Assembly (NCBI GenBank): GCA_030295235.1
Contig: AP026136.1
Span: 434,001-498,000 of the forward strand
DNA from: Fistulifera solaris
Taxonomy: Eukaryota
Direction: 5' to 3'
Length of the DNA: 64,000 nt
Part shown: piece after piece, positions 23,139 through 35,772 of the stretch
How the letters are laid out: the number at the start of each line of letters is the position of its first letter
Numbering within the stretch: position 1 is the first letter of the stretch
Made by a program: the position numbers and the translations under genes
The notes under the pieces: model-generated
Databases searched by the model: none
Seen by the model: the letters and a program-made list of their open reading frames with translations, nothing else
What the model was told of the DNA's origin: nothing

Positions 23139-23636
23139 ATGATCATGCTGAAATATCTATCAATCGGAACACTTGCTTTCACGCTCGACACTTTGCAATC
23201 GTTTTGCATTCCTCGAACCACCACAAGGAAATCATCTCTTTCCATGTGCATTTGCATTGACTGTGCACGTGTGACCGACTGTGCGGCATACCATTTCGTC
23301 GAAAGCAAACATGAGCAACCACATATGAACGAAAATCCCCAATTCACACCCCGCGACGGAAGTCCGACCATTCATGTCAATGTGCGAACACACCGCAACA
23401 ATGAGGAGATCCAGCGTATATGGAAGGAACATAAAGAAGAAACGAAGCTAGCGGAAGCCAAAGCTGGAGACACGCAAGGAGAGTTACGCGGTGAGACGGT
23501 ATACGACATGTCTCCTTCCACCACCATCGAGTACGATGTAGTAAAATGCGCAGATTTTGTGGAGGATAAGGGATGTTGGGTGCGGAATATGCCGGAAGAA
23601 ATAAGAAAAGCCAATCCAAATTTCGTTCCGACCTAA
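23139..23636 (+). CDS. ycf34: Nucleus-encoded, plastid-targeted Ycf34
   Basis: Signal peptide plus LQS-F transit peptide, then MCICIDC..VTDCAAYHFVESKHEQPH ... EYDVVKCADFVEDKGCW. Confidence 0.85.
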   Translation: MIMLKYLSIGTLAFTLDTLQSFCIPRTTTRKSSLSMCICIDCARVTDCAAYHFVESKHEQPHMNENPQFTPRDGSPTIHVNVRTHRNNEEIQRIWKEHKEETKLAEAKAGDTQGELRGETVYDMSPSTTIEYDVVKCADFVEDKGCWVRNMPEEIRKANPNFVPT

Positions 23637-23782
23637 ATTGTGCGGAAAAGAACCATACACACACTCAATACAGGAATGGATAAAGAGAACGGCAATCAGG
23701 AAAGACTTTGTCTTTGTACACATACACCAAGTTAGTGTTTCACTCTCGTGCTTTAATTTTAGTCTTCCATTCTTCGCTTAGT

Positions 23783-24412
23783 TTAGATATCATCAAAATC
23801 AATACCAATATCATCATCATCCGCATCACCCGCCATAGCCATGTCCACTGCCGTTTCATTGATTCGGGCCGTCTCGGGAAGTTCTCCATATTGTTTCAAG
23901 TTACGTGCTTCATCAGCCGAATACTTGTGTATAATATCCACCTTTTCGTCTTGAAAATCACGTTTCGCCACTAGTACAATATCACCGGCTGTAATCCATA
24001 CCTTCTTTCGCATTTTGCCACGAATGTGGCCTAGACGAGTCACACCATCAAAGCAGAAACATTCACATCGTCCATTTCCCAACATTTTGACTACTTGGGC
24101 GTACTCTTGGCCTGAAGAAGTGAAAAGTCAGACGGATTAAAAAGGGAAAGAATACATAAAAATAGGGGAGCACCTTAAATCGACACCTACCATCTTCCTT
24201 GAATTCAAGTTCTCGCTTGCTTTCTTCGCCGTCACCTTTTCCCCTTCGTCGGTTCTTTCCTCCGTTTCCTGAGAATTAGAAAAATGAAAGATGCCGTGTT
24301 CGTCAGTAATTAGGTTTCTTACAGACGAAGACGAGCGATGCTCCTTAATAAACGAAAAGGAGCTGTAGCATCAGGAACAATGCTCTCTTCACGTACCTTT
24401 CGGTTTCGGCAT
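23783..24412 (-). CDS. eIF1A: Eukaryotic translation initiation factor 1A
   Basis: Exons 24412-24397, 24268-24191, 24111-23783 give [16 protein letters not shown]...[24 protein letters not shown]...[12 protein letters not shown], acidic tail. Confidence 0.96.
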
Positions 24413-24909
24413 TTTCTTCTGTCAATATTACGAGCAAGACAAAAACGAGCCCCAACTATTTAATCCTTTGCGACAAAATATATACCTTTCGTTGGTGCTG
24501 GTGTCCTCTACAGTCCGACGCTGATGATTCGCTATCATGGAGCACTCGAACTCGAACGCCGCACGTCTTTGATAGACGTTCTCGGCCTCGTGGTGAAGAA
24601 AAACACAAACCGCACCGCCATCTTGCGCGGTTGCGCGTTGCTTAGGGGGGCGGCTACGTCTGACCTTAGTAAAAGTAGAATCATCTACATTTTGAGTCTA
24701 TAGTATTCGTGTACAAAAATCATAGTACTACTCATTCACCAAACTCCTTACCTCGTTACTAAAAAACAGAAGCTACGGCAGACCAAGGCGAGGACCGAGA
24801 AGGAAACAATTGAGAGCAATCAGCAACAAGTTAGCGGAACACCGTTGATAATCAAAGCAGTTTGTTTGTATCCAGTTGTTCATTAATTGCTAAATAAAGA
24901 AGAAGAGCC

Positions 24910-25518
24910 ATGGGTATTACACGAGAAGGCCGCCACAAGCGTCGCGAAACCGGTGGACGTCGCGAAAAGTTCCGCAAGAAGCGCAAGTTCGAACTCGGTC
25001 GTCAACCCGCCATGACCAAGATCGGTGAGGCTCGCATCCACCAAGTTCGTGGACGCGGAGGTAATCCCAAGTTCCGAGCACTCCGATTGGACAGTGGTAA
25101 TTTTTCGTGGGGTACCGAAGTGTGCACACGAAAAGTTCGTGTCTTGGACGTTTCGTACAACGCCTCAAATAACGAGTTGGTCCGCACCAAGACTTTGGTC
25201 AAGGGATCTATCATCGTGGTGGATGCTCACCCTTTCAAGGACTGGTATGAGTCACACTATGGTGTGAAGATTGGATTAAAGAAGAAGAGCGAAGAAGCTG
25301 CTACTGTGGATCTTTCCGGAAAGTCGGAGAAGACCGCCGCCAAGCTCAAGGCTCGTCAAGCCAACCGCACTTTGGAACCTGCTTTGGACCACCAGTTCGC
25401 ATCTGGTCGTCTTTACGCCAAGATTACCAGCCGACCGGGTCAAACTGGACGCTGCGATGGATATATTCTCGAGGGCCCTGAACTTGCCTTCTACATGAAG
25501 CAAATGACGAAGAAATAA
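24910..25518 (+). CDS. RPS8: 40S ribosomal protein S8 (eS8)
   Basis: [71 protein letters not shown]. Confidence 0.98.
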   Translation: MGITREGRHKRRETGGRREKFRKKRKFELGRQPAMTKIGEARIHQVRGRGGNPKFRALRLDSGNFSWGTEVCTRKVRVLDVSYNASNNELVRTKTLVKGSIIVVDAHPFKDWYESHYGVKIGLKKKSEEAATVDLSGKSEKTAAKLKARQANRTLEPALDHQFASGRLYAKITSRPGQTGRCDGYILEGPELAFYMKQMTKK

Positions 25519-26013
25519 ATTTCCAAATAAAATTAGCAGTTTGTTTTTAACTACTCAATTCACACATTCGCTGCGTCGATCTATCCTTTCGGTCCGAGTA
25601 GTGAGTGTCTAGACGTATCAAAAATCCAATTGTTCTCCTTAGAGTTAGGTCAAGTAGAGGTGATGAAACTACCATAGCAGTGAAATACTGTAAGGTTAAC
25701 GTTACGGTAATGATTCATGATTGGAGCCACGTTATAATATTTAGTCACGGTCACAAGCCGAACGCAGAACAAAAAAAATGGAACAGCACACGCAATGGGC
25801 CATGGGATGATTCGATTCGTATACAATTAGAATCAAGACATAAGCAATAACACGGATCACCGCTCATTGACAATCAGCGACAAAAGAAACGAGCTGATCG
25901 TGCGAAGTTAATTTCTTCGTATTATTGACGAAATTAGTCACCGAAATTCTTTCTCGGCTTGTTAATTTTTCTGTTGTTGACATTTTTTGCCGCAAACTTT
26001 CGAGCGTTCGAAG

Positions 26014-27032
26014 ATGACTTCGGAATCCGGAACAGTGATGGGAAAGTTGCGTGGCTGGCGAGAGTATATGGCGCCTACTTTGAAAAAGACGGCTTTCCTT
26101 GAGAGAGGGGTCTTGACGCCAGAGGAGGTAAGAACACGAACCACGAAGGCGATGAGAAGTAGACTACCGCGTGTTTGTGTTTCTCATTTCAACCCTTTGC
26201 GTCTAGTTTGTACGCGCGGGAGACGAATTGGTATTTCGATGTCCAGCTTGGAGTTGGGAACGAGGAACAAATCCTCCCAAATCATATTTACCCGAGGACA
26301 AGCAGTTTTTGGTAACTCGCAATGTCCCCTGTCCCACCCGCGTCTCAGATATGGAAGCACAGCTTGGTCTCATTCAGCAACAAGCGCAAAACAATGACGA
26401 TGACGACGATGACTGGCTTGTGTCTACTCTGGTGAAGCAACATCCTTCGTCACTGGAAGATGAATTTGATATTCTAGATGAAGAGGGGGAAGTCGTGAAA
26501 AGTTGTCCGAATGAGGAGGAAGAAAAAGCCTGCAGAGGAGGAGGGCGACGAGTATGCAGACATGGCGGATTATGAAGACAAAAATGTGCTGGTGGACGAC
26601 GATGCTGCCGCTCCAGCGACGGCTGGCGATACAAATTTGTTAAAAGTGAGAACCTACGATCTCAGTATCACCTACGATAAATACTACCAAACACCCCGCG
26701 TGTGGATGGTCGGTCGTTCGGCCGAGGGTCAGCCACTTACTGGAAAAGAAATGATGGAAGATGTTATGACGGACTACGCCAACAAGACGGTCACGATTGA
26801 AGTGCATCCTCATGTCAGTGGCCCTCATGCCTCCATACACCCGTGCAAGCATGGAAAAGTGATGAAAACAATTGTCGACAATTTAATGGCCGCACAGCAG
26901 CAGACAGATGGAAATGAAGAAGCAGGGCCGTCTATCGAGATGTATTTGTTTATCTTTCTCAAGTTTGTGAGCAGTATCATTCCAACGATTGCTTACGACT
27001 TTACAATGGAGGTGAACACGGGAATGAAGTAA
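26014..27032 (+). CDS. ATG3: Autophagy E2-like enzyme ATG3
   Basis: [76 protein letters not shown]; intron 26128-26206; frameshift at the A-run near 26525. Confidence 0.95.
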
Positions 27033-27422
27033 CTATTTTTTGGTAGCTAATTGATGACATCAAGTTGATAGCAGTGCGTCGGGTCAAAGTAAATGAGCGA
27101 GATGCTGTAACTTTACCTAGTGTGTTCTTTGCTTGCTTCGCGCTAGTTTCATCTTCATACCGGTACCCATTCTAGATACTTAAAACGTGATATGGAAGAT
27201 TTGGTTTTTCGTGACCATCAACACGAGACAAAACAAACCTCGACCTGAACATGGTGCGCATGAAACAAAGTAAAAGCAGTCATTCTCTTTCACCTACCAA
27301 TCAATGCCCGCAGATAAGATTTACCAGAAAGAAGCTATTTGCCTGCATGAATTGTACAAGTTCATTTTAATACCTGATCGATAAGACCGACTCCTCGACA
27401 CAGAAAATTTTTCACTCTTCAC

Positions 27423-29043
27423 ATGTGGCTGAGCTGGATCGTCTTTCTCATTTTTCCTTCATCAACGCTAGTCCAATCCTTTCATTTAATTCCAAGACAC
27501 AGCAGATACGCTTATCAGAGAACAGTTGCTATAGACGAGCAATCGCAGAAGACACATCACAAAAATAGACGCACAAACCACAAGGTTCGTGGCTTACTCG
27601 ATCATGTTCTGAATCGATTGAATCATGAATGGGATGAAACAAAATGGTCTCGATTACGTAACTACTTGTATCGCAGTCAAGAAAAGTTGACCGAAGATCA
27701 AGTCAAAAACGTGTTGGATTTTTTATTGCAGCATTTGGAAGAAAAAGATGCAGCTCTTGTTTTGCAACAATCTCCTAGAATACTGCGTAAAAACGCCAAG
27801 ACAAGTCTAGAACCGACCTATCAGTTCCTAAAGGAACTTTACGGTGAATCGTTACTTTCTATGGCTTTGAAACGAAATCCAGATCTTCTTCTTACTCGTG
27901 GAGCTGGTTATGACGGGGGAGTCTTGGAGCTAGTAGAAGTCTTTCTTGCGGAAGAGCTAGCTTTGAGTCAACGACAAATCGCGACCATCAAAAAAGACTT
28001 TCCCGTCCTTTTCCAGACGCCTGTGTCAAAATTGCTCTCAACAGTCTACCTGTTTCGCACTCGAATGGAGCATCAAACGCGCGAACAAGCCACTGCTGCA
28101 ATTGCTAAATTGATGTTACTTCATCCTCAAGTATTCATTTTGTCAGTCGAGAGCATAGAGCATCGGATTGAATTCCTCGTCAAAGATTGCGGTTTAGACA
28201 CGGACTCTGTAGTTCGAAATGCGGGGTTCCTGTTGGGACTGTCAATAGAGGAGAATCTGGAACCGAAATTGAAATTGCTCTTGCAGTATATTCCCAACCG
28301 AGAAAAGTTAGCCACTGCCTTGAAATCACATCCACAGATTCTTGGATTAGCGCAAGATAATTTGCAAGCAAAGGTATCGTACTTTGATCGAATTGATGCG
28401 GATTGTTTCGGAACGCATCCATCTTTCGCTCGTGACGACTCTCTAGCCAGCCGCATTCTCATGAGAGCAACACCAGTTCTTTCTCTTAGCCTGAAAAAGA
28501 ATATTATACCGAAGATTGACTTTCTCGCTAAAGTATGGGGCATTGATGATGTCGCAGCTGATGCTCGTCCACGTATAGCATCGTTAGATACATCCCCTCG
28601 TTCGCCCAGATTGTCGCTTTCCAAACAACTTCGACAATACCCAAGTATTCTCAGCCTGAGCCTGGAGGGGGAACATACGGCCCACAGCCGAGTTTTATAA
28701 TCGAACAAATTACATTGAATTGGACAGTAACTGGAGGTTGCAGCCGTGGTCCGTCTCTCTCAGGGGTCGTGACTTGGCCGCTTCGCTACCCAATCGCTTA
28801 CTACCTCGATGGCATTTCTTTCACTCTAAACAAGTTTCAACAGAAGACCGCAATACACAGCGTGCAATGCAAAAAGGCCTTTCATTGCATATTCTTGTAT
28901 CGGCCACGGACACTATTTTCTGCGATGAATTCAATTTTGATACGACGGAGTATAGCGTATTCAAACGTGAGGCTATTCCGCGCTTGAAGTTCAGCTCCCA
29001 ATTTGACACGTGGATCAAGACAGGGCGACCCATTGATGTATAA
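27423..29043 (+). CDS. mTERF-repeat protein, probably plastid-targeted
   Basis: VQS-F presequence; repeats PRIL...LEPTYQFL, LSIEENLEPKLKLL, PVLSLSLKKNIIPKIDFL; frameshift at the G-run near 28668. Confidence 0.8.
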
Positions 29044-29256
29044 GCCTGATTTTCCTACAGACAATGTAATAATAAATTAGCACGGATTCAATGAACCTAG
29101 CTAGGCGACAGCAAAGCACACCTAGTTTTCTGCTAACCTTACCTCAAAGCCAAACACCAGTACCACAGCGACGTTTTTGAATTTTGTCGTCACAAAAAAT
29201 AATTATCTGTCGTCGCAATCCGCAAAACATGACAACATTTTGAATGACCATGTACC

Positions 29257-30478
29257 ATGGTGTCTCTGAAGATTGTGCTGATAACATACGAGTTCACATA
29301 TAGCCCGTTCAGCGGAAATGGCATCCTTTCTCGCAGCCTGGTGCAGTCTCTCCAAGCGACTGGAGCTGAGATTACTGTTTGGTGTTGTCGTCCACATGCC
29401 GATGATCGCCTAGAAGAATCAACGTCGAGCTGGACATCCATTCCGCTAACCCTCCCAGCCGATGCGCAATGGAAACGTTTAGACCATGAGTCAGGATGGA
29501 AGCATTTCTCGTTCTCCAATCTTTCAACTAAAGCGCAAGAGCAGCTGCTGCAAGCCATTAACCGTGCCGATATCCTCGCCTCAGTTGACTGGACTGGAGC
29601 TTACGCGCTGAGATCTTTACCAGGCCCCAAAGTAAAGCCAACAATCTACTTTAATTACAGAGTTTTTGCTCAGGGAGTAAAGGATTTTGAAATGCAGAAG
29701 TGGTATAATCAAATGGAAATCGAAGCTCTTCAATCAGCAGACCTAGTCGTCGCGCTTTCGCATCGTGACAAGATGACTTTGATGAAACTGGTAAATGAAA
29801 AGGAGGTTACAGTCCTGTTACCTCCCCCTCCGTCAAGATATGGTGGCGTTGACGACACAAATTAAACCAGCACCACTACCTCCAGAGCTTGCATGGGTTC
29901 AATCAAAGTGCTTAGTGACATGCGTCGTTCGACTTTCGCCCGAGAAGGACGTCATGCGTTTCGTTTCATTCCTTGAATCGGTGCAAGATTTATTAAAGCA
30001 ACTAAAATGGACAGTAGTTCTTGTTGGGGCTCGGGCGGATCCGAGTTATGCAGATGAAGTGGAATCCAGATTACTTGTAGTCTGTCCCAACGCAGTTATT
30101 TTGACTCATTCGTTTCTCTCCCCGGCAACAATGGTATCTATTTACCAAAGAGCCGTTTTTAACTTTCACCCCTGTGTATATGACGCCTATGGAATGACCA
30201 TCATTGAGGCGGGGGCTTGTGGAGTTCCGTCAATCGTCTCGTCTGAAGGCGTGGGGGCATTGGACCTATTAGGAGATAGCTGCATTCCAGTTAAGATGAC
30301 CCATCATGATGGACTTAGCTTAGACACAATAAAAAAGATAAGGCGTGTCCTTATGGATGCATCAGAGCTGGAACGTATTGGGACGTCGGCAAAGAGCAAG
30401 GCTTTACAGTGGGATGAGCAAGCCTTCGGCAAAGCACTATTTTCATACATGAAGCTCAGAAATCCCAATGATTCGTAA
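29257..30478 (+). CDS. Glycosyltransferase family 4 (GT-B fold)
   Basis: LITYEFTYSPFSGNG, CVVRLSPEKD, HPCVYDAYGMTIIEAGACGVPSIV; frameshift at the C-run near 29825. Confidence 0.82.
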
Positions 30479-30614
30479 ACAAGCAGCTTGCTTGAATAAT
30501 AGAACTCAAAAATAGATGAATAGAAGCAGTGAATGTAATACTTTTCTGTTGTCTTTCGTAACTTATGGATAATATGTGTACTTGGCAGCTCCAAGGGATT
30601 GTAAAAGAAATATC

Positions 30615-32232
30615 TCAGCGACTAGACGTTCGATTGTCAGTGATAAGGGTGGCAGTTTCATCAAATGAATACTGAGAAGAGCCGTGATAAGGTGACGGTT
30701 GCTCTGGTGAGTCCCCATCTTCGGCACCAGACCACGACTGCTCCGAGCCCGAGCCGTACGATTCATCGTCTTCGTCGTCGCTGTTTTCGGGCGTCTCTTG
30801 AATGGTCGCCATTTCCGGTACGCCACTCAAGAGCGCCTTTCGCTTCTTCTTTTTACGTCGTCTACGAACGGTCTGACCCGTCGATGCAACAGTTTTGGCT
30901 GGACGCGTTCCAGGGGGTAAAGGCGGCAGTAATGTGTCACCGGACTGCGTGTTGTCGCCGGCGGTTGCTAGATCAAATGGATTTAGAGCTCCGACAGGCG
31001 TAAGACTGCTCGCAGCCGCAGCAAGTGCAAGAACGGCAGGATTTTGAAGCATTGCCGGGTCAGTCTTGTTGCCACTATCCATCAGCATCGGGGCATCTGA
31101 ACCGACCTCTTCCATGGAACCACTTTCGACATCATCAAAAATCGAGTCGGCAGATAGCGTCGGTAATTGGTTCTCTTCGTCTTCTGATTTTTCGAAAGAA
31201 TCTGTTTCGGCCAGCATAGGCTGGCTCTTGGTCGAGAGCGGTACTTGGCCATTTCGACTATCGAAATCAGCGTTTTCCGAGTCAACTTGCTGGCTGTTGA
31301 GTTCGGAAGAGTCCGATTGGCGCCTTCGTCTTGTGACGAATAAACCGACCGCTACAATCAAAGCCAATGCAATCGGAATCACGAGGACGAGAGGTAGCAT
31401 GCCAGATGAGCTGTCGCTACTCTGAGGGTTTTGGGTTTCTCTATCCTCATCTTCCGCTACAAGATTGTAAGGGTTATCCGTACTTTTCCCCACAAAATAG
31501 GTTTGATAAATAGAGCCAACTAAGGTGTTTTGGGAGTCGAGTTCGACGCGTAAGTGGTACATCATGTAGTCTTCAATGACGCTTGCACTGGGTCCTGTAT
31601 AGAAAACGTCCATTTTACCACTCATCGCAAAACATATTAGGTTGTTCCTAAGGCTGTTAATGTACTGACACTCGCCTGTTGAACAATAAGTTCCGTTAGT
31701 CATGAGGCAAAATTACAGAAGTATCGTTAAAAGAAGCCAAAGAGTACCTACCGACAGGATGAAGCGTGTCTTTTTCTCCACTGGTCAATCCGACCACTTT
31801 GTGAAGGCCGGATCCACCACTTTGAAGCCAGGGATCTTCCGATTGCACCGACAAGTCACAGCTTCCAACTCCAGTAACTTCGTTCATACGCCGCAACATT
31901 CCGTATTCAACATCTGGTAAATCTTGCCATTGTACCTCCGGAAAGGGTTCGCCCGGGTCGGGCAAGGCAAATTCATAATCGTATTCCAGCGAGAGCTTTT
32001 TCACGTCTTCGGAGCTATCCTCGCACAAGACGCTATAAAGGCGGCCATCACGGTATTCCTTGGCGGCGGGCAGAGAAACCGACATGCTGTTGAATTCAAA
32101 CGGGTTACTTGTCTTTCAATTGCGATCACTATGTGATCAAAAACACAAAAGAAGTTTCCGCGTCGTTTGTGCAAGATTGATCAAATGCGAAACGAGACGT
32201 TGCGAAAGAGGAAAAACTCCGAGGATCGACAT
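30615..32232 (-). CDS. Type I membrane protein with Cys-containing extracellular domain and low-complexity cytoplasmic tail
   Basis: Intron 31751-31676; transmembrane segment LVLVIPIALALIVAVGLFV followed by RRRR; later RRRRKKKKRK and an acidic tract; 5' end uncertain. Confidence 0.65.
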
Positions 32233-33145
32233 TATGTGCAACGGCTTCGCGGCATTTCCCCATGTGACGGAACGTGTCGCAATCCATTTAGGGAATCTGA
32301 GTACATAAAACAATAGTGTCGCTTGGAATCTGCTAAACACGTCAATCATAACCACTCGCCTATAGCACACAATGTATCGATCCACGCGAGCCGGCTCAAA
32401 TCACAACGAACAACCCTCTATGACGAATATAGGCTAATTTGTACGCTGTCAGCTGGATTGCATTTCAACGTATCGTGTCTGAGCGATCCTGGATCAGTCC
32501 CACGTCCCACTAGTGGTACGGTTAACACAGTGTCGCCGCTAAAACAGATCTAACTCCGCTTCATGCTTTCCATTTTCCACGATTTTAATCGATTCGGATT
32601 CATGCAGTCATGTATCCAATACTTCGATGGAATTGTTCGCAGCGGGTATCTGTGACATGTTTGTCGTATTCCCAGCGTGTCTTTACATCGTCGAAACTAC
32701 CAGATAGCTTTCTCCAGAAGACAACATGTCTATTTAAAATTATTAGACACGGCTATTCGCACTATTTTGTGAATGTTGCAAGTTGGGGCAAGTCTTCCGG
32801 CCAAAGTCTCATATTTTCAACTTTCTTCGCATTCAATTTACTGTATTCAATGAGGATAGGATACCTAGCCTAAACTTCTGTTTTCTTGTTAAGAATAAAT
32901 GTTCTTTCCATGTCTCGAACTCTAGCTCGAGGTAAACGTAAAAGGGCTTCTTTCCTTTTCGACAAGGTAGAAAGCGTAGGTTGATATGCAACAAGGATAG
33001 CGTTTATGTGAGGGAAGAAGATGGTGCTGCTCGGACGAGGTTTCACTTTTTCACGTTTTTTTTGATAACAAAGTGAAAGATTGCTCCTTGATCGATTCGG
33101 CACCTTATCTTTGCCATTGACTTTGATTCAGCCCTTACATTCAGC

Positions 33146-34030
33146 ATGGGGGTTATGCTCGTCCACTATTTATGTACGGTCATTCTGTGCGGCGCATCGA
33201 ATGGGTTCTTCGTCGTCAGTCATACGTCGCGTCTCAATCCAATCGAGTTTTCCGCCATCCGAGGTCCGCCGATGGAAACCAAACCCGACTACGAAGCCAT
33301 TGTTGGGCCACTGGGTCGGGCGGTCGACAATTTCTTTCTGGATTTGTTTCGTCAAAGCTGGAAGAAAATGTTGGCTTCGGTACCAATGAAACTGGATATG
33401 CCGCCATCATTGATTTAACATCTAAGCTCAATGCCCGATATTCCGATCGAAAAGAGATTCAACGACGTGCGCAGAAAACATTAATTGACTTGTTTCCATC
33501 CTGGCTACCGGGTTCTTACGCAGTTCTCTTTTCAAAGCCTCTTCCGAAGGTAAACCTATTAAGTGTTTTACTGATTTCTGGACGAGTCGTCCACTCACTC
33601 TCTCGTACGCCAGTTTTCAGCGAGAATGAACGCATGGGCGACATGGTGGGCCGGAACTTGGCTGATGGGAGAATGCGAAATCAATGATATCACCGCAGAT
33701 GGAGGAGAGCCCGGTCCGGCGCAAGGCTTACTTGTCAAACGCTGTCGGTTTCTCGAAGAAGCCGGCTGTGCATCTGTTTGTGTGAATAGTTGCAAAATTC
33801 CTACGCAAAACTTTTTTCTGCAAGAAATGGGACTACCGTTAACCATGGAACCGAACTATGAGACCTTCGAATGTCAATTTTCGTTTGGGAAGACACCAAC
33901 GCCCGAGACAGAATTGGATGCCATAGGAACTCCCTGTCTCATGCGATGCCCGACAGCTGGTGCGCTCCGTGAACTTCATTCCAAATCACCCAATGATTCC
34001 GAAGTAACAAGTCAATGTCATTTGATGTAG
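33146..34030 (+). CDS. Beta-carotene isomerase D27-like (DUF4033) protein, plastid-targeted
   Basis: SNG-F presequence; WLMGECEI, KRCRFLEEAGCASVCVNSCKIPTQNFF..MGLPLTMEPNYETFECQFSFG; intron 33550-33613; frameshift near 33358. Confidence 0.88.
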
Positions 34031-34146
34031 CTTAGATAGATTGAAACAAATAAGTAAAACCGATAGAATTTTACAGAAGTGTTGAGTTAGCCAAGGGCTG
34101 ATATCGTTCTCATAAATTCTAATAATCGAATTTAATGTTTTGAGAA

Positions 34147-35369
34147 TCAATCCATGTCAAATGCAAGCTCTGCATCCGGATTCGTGTCATGAGAAGGCTG
34201 CAGCGGGTCGGTAAGCTGAGAATCGGGCGTATACTTGATGGCGTTCGAATGCGGGTGCAAAGCAAGTTGCAACGGTGGAAAAGCCTCGCCCCTGTGATTC
34301 GAATTGGTTGGATTCGGTCGCGTTACACTTGAACTATACTCTGGATTGGGATCGGAAAGTGATCGGGACAATAAAGCATTGTTCCCGGATTCGTCTGTCG
34401 GAAGCTTGTCGAGGTCAGCAAAAGCAATTTTCAGTGCATGGGATTGTTGAGCAGACGCGCCAGTACTCCCACGAAACCCTGCCTGTAAAACTTCCAGACC
34501 AGTAAGTGAAGTAGAGAGCATATCAGAAGGTCTGTCTCTCGTGAAGTCTTCATCATAAAACGTAACGGTTCGGTTCTTTGTTTGCTGTGCCGTGTCCTCC
34601 GCTTGTTGCATAGGACTGCTGATTGTGGAATTATCGGTTGACGCTTCCATGAGCGCAGATAATGACGAGGGCTGATGGTTATCCTGAGACGAAGCGCTCT
34701 CTTTTCGTTTTAATCGTGACTGCATGATGCGTTCCCCTATCGACAACGATGCCGGTAGCGACTGCGACAGATTGTGATTATTACTTCTATAGCGGACTCG
34801 GTGTTCCAGCGCCCGAATATCACCGGTATTTTTATCTCGATAACTACTGGGACCATCCAAAAATCTCCCTCGACTGTTGGAATCTCGTAGTGAACCATAC
34901 GACGTTCGATCTTCGGTCTCAACGCCGCCCAGAGGATTGTCTGCGGAAGTCATGGCAGGCGGCAGCATTGCTGGGTATTGTAAAGCCAGTTTGTTGTCAT
35001 TATCCGATATAGCAGTGAGTCGAGGTGCTCGGAGAAGATGATTTGGTAAAGATGAAGAGGTGTAAACTCTTCTCGAGTTCTCTGTTTCAATGCTGAGGGC
35101 ATCTAGCTCTAAATGAATCGTATTAATATCATCGTCATCATCGTCCAGCTCATCGTCACTCGATTCGGGATATGGGCCGTTATCATTCCTCACAATAGCA
35201 ATCGGATTGGATCGATTTCCGTTATTCTGTCGAAGCTGCGGCAAAACAATAGGGCGACCGCCCAGGGACTGAGAAATGGGAGCATTCATCGTCCACCTTT
35301 CCGGTGAATCATCGTCTGCCGATCCTCCTTCTGCTTCGTTTACAAAATTTTGTGACGACATTGTTTTCA
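34147..35369 (-). CDS. Hypothetical Ser/Asp-rich disordered protein
   Basis: Long open frame; first in-frame ATG near 35369 (MKTMSSQ). Confidence 0.6.
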
Positions 35370-35772
35370 TTACTGTCTCGTCCTTCGCTTTCACTAAGCT
35401 TGACAAAACCAAGGATAAATATACAAAAATGATAAAGGAACACCTCCATTGTGAGTGCACTGGGGCAAGAATGACAGTTGCCGCAGTTTCACGCAATCGT
35501 AATACTCCGTAAACACGCAGCTTCGTTTCTTTGGTGTATCACTTCTAGTACACTTCACTGCACAGTAGATCGACTTCATCGAACTCTTGATATTTAGAGC
35601 ATGTCGCATAGCGTGTGAGATTCTGTTTCTCATTATTTCGTCTGTTTTCGACCGCAGTGAAATACGCCCACTTCTCCTTTTATTTTTGTAGAATCTCTCA
35701 GCGCAACCGTTTCAATCATTTGAATGAATCGAATTCCGGAGTATCATTTTCCCAACCCCTCACACAAAAAGG

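Noticed and set aside
32300..33120. Possible degenerate gene on the minus strand between the membrane protein and D27
   Set aside because: Only short frames broken by several stops, with no recognisable homology
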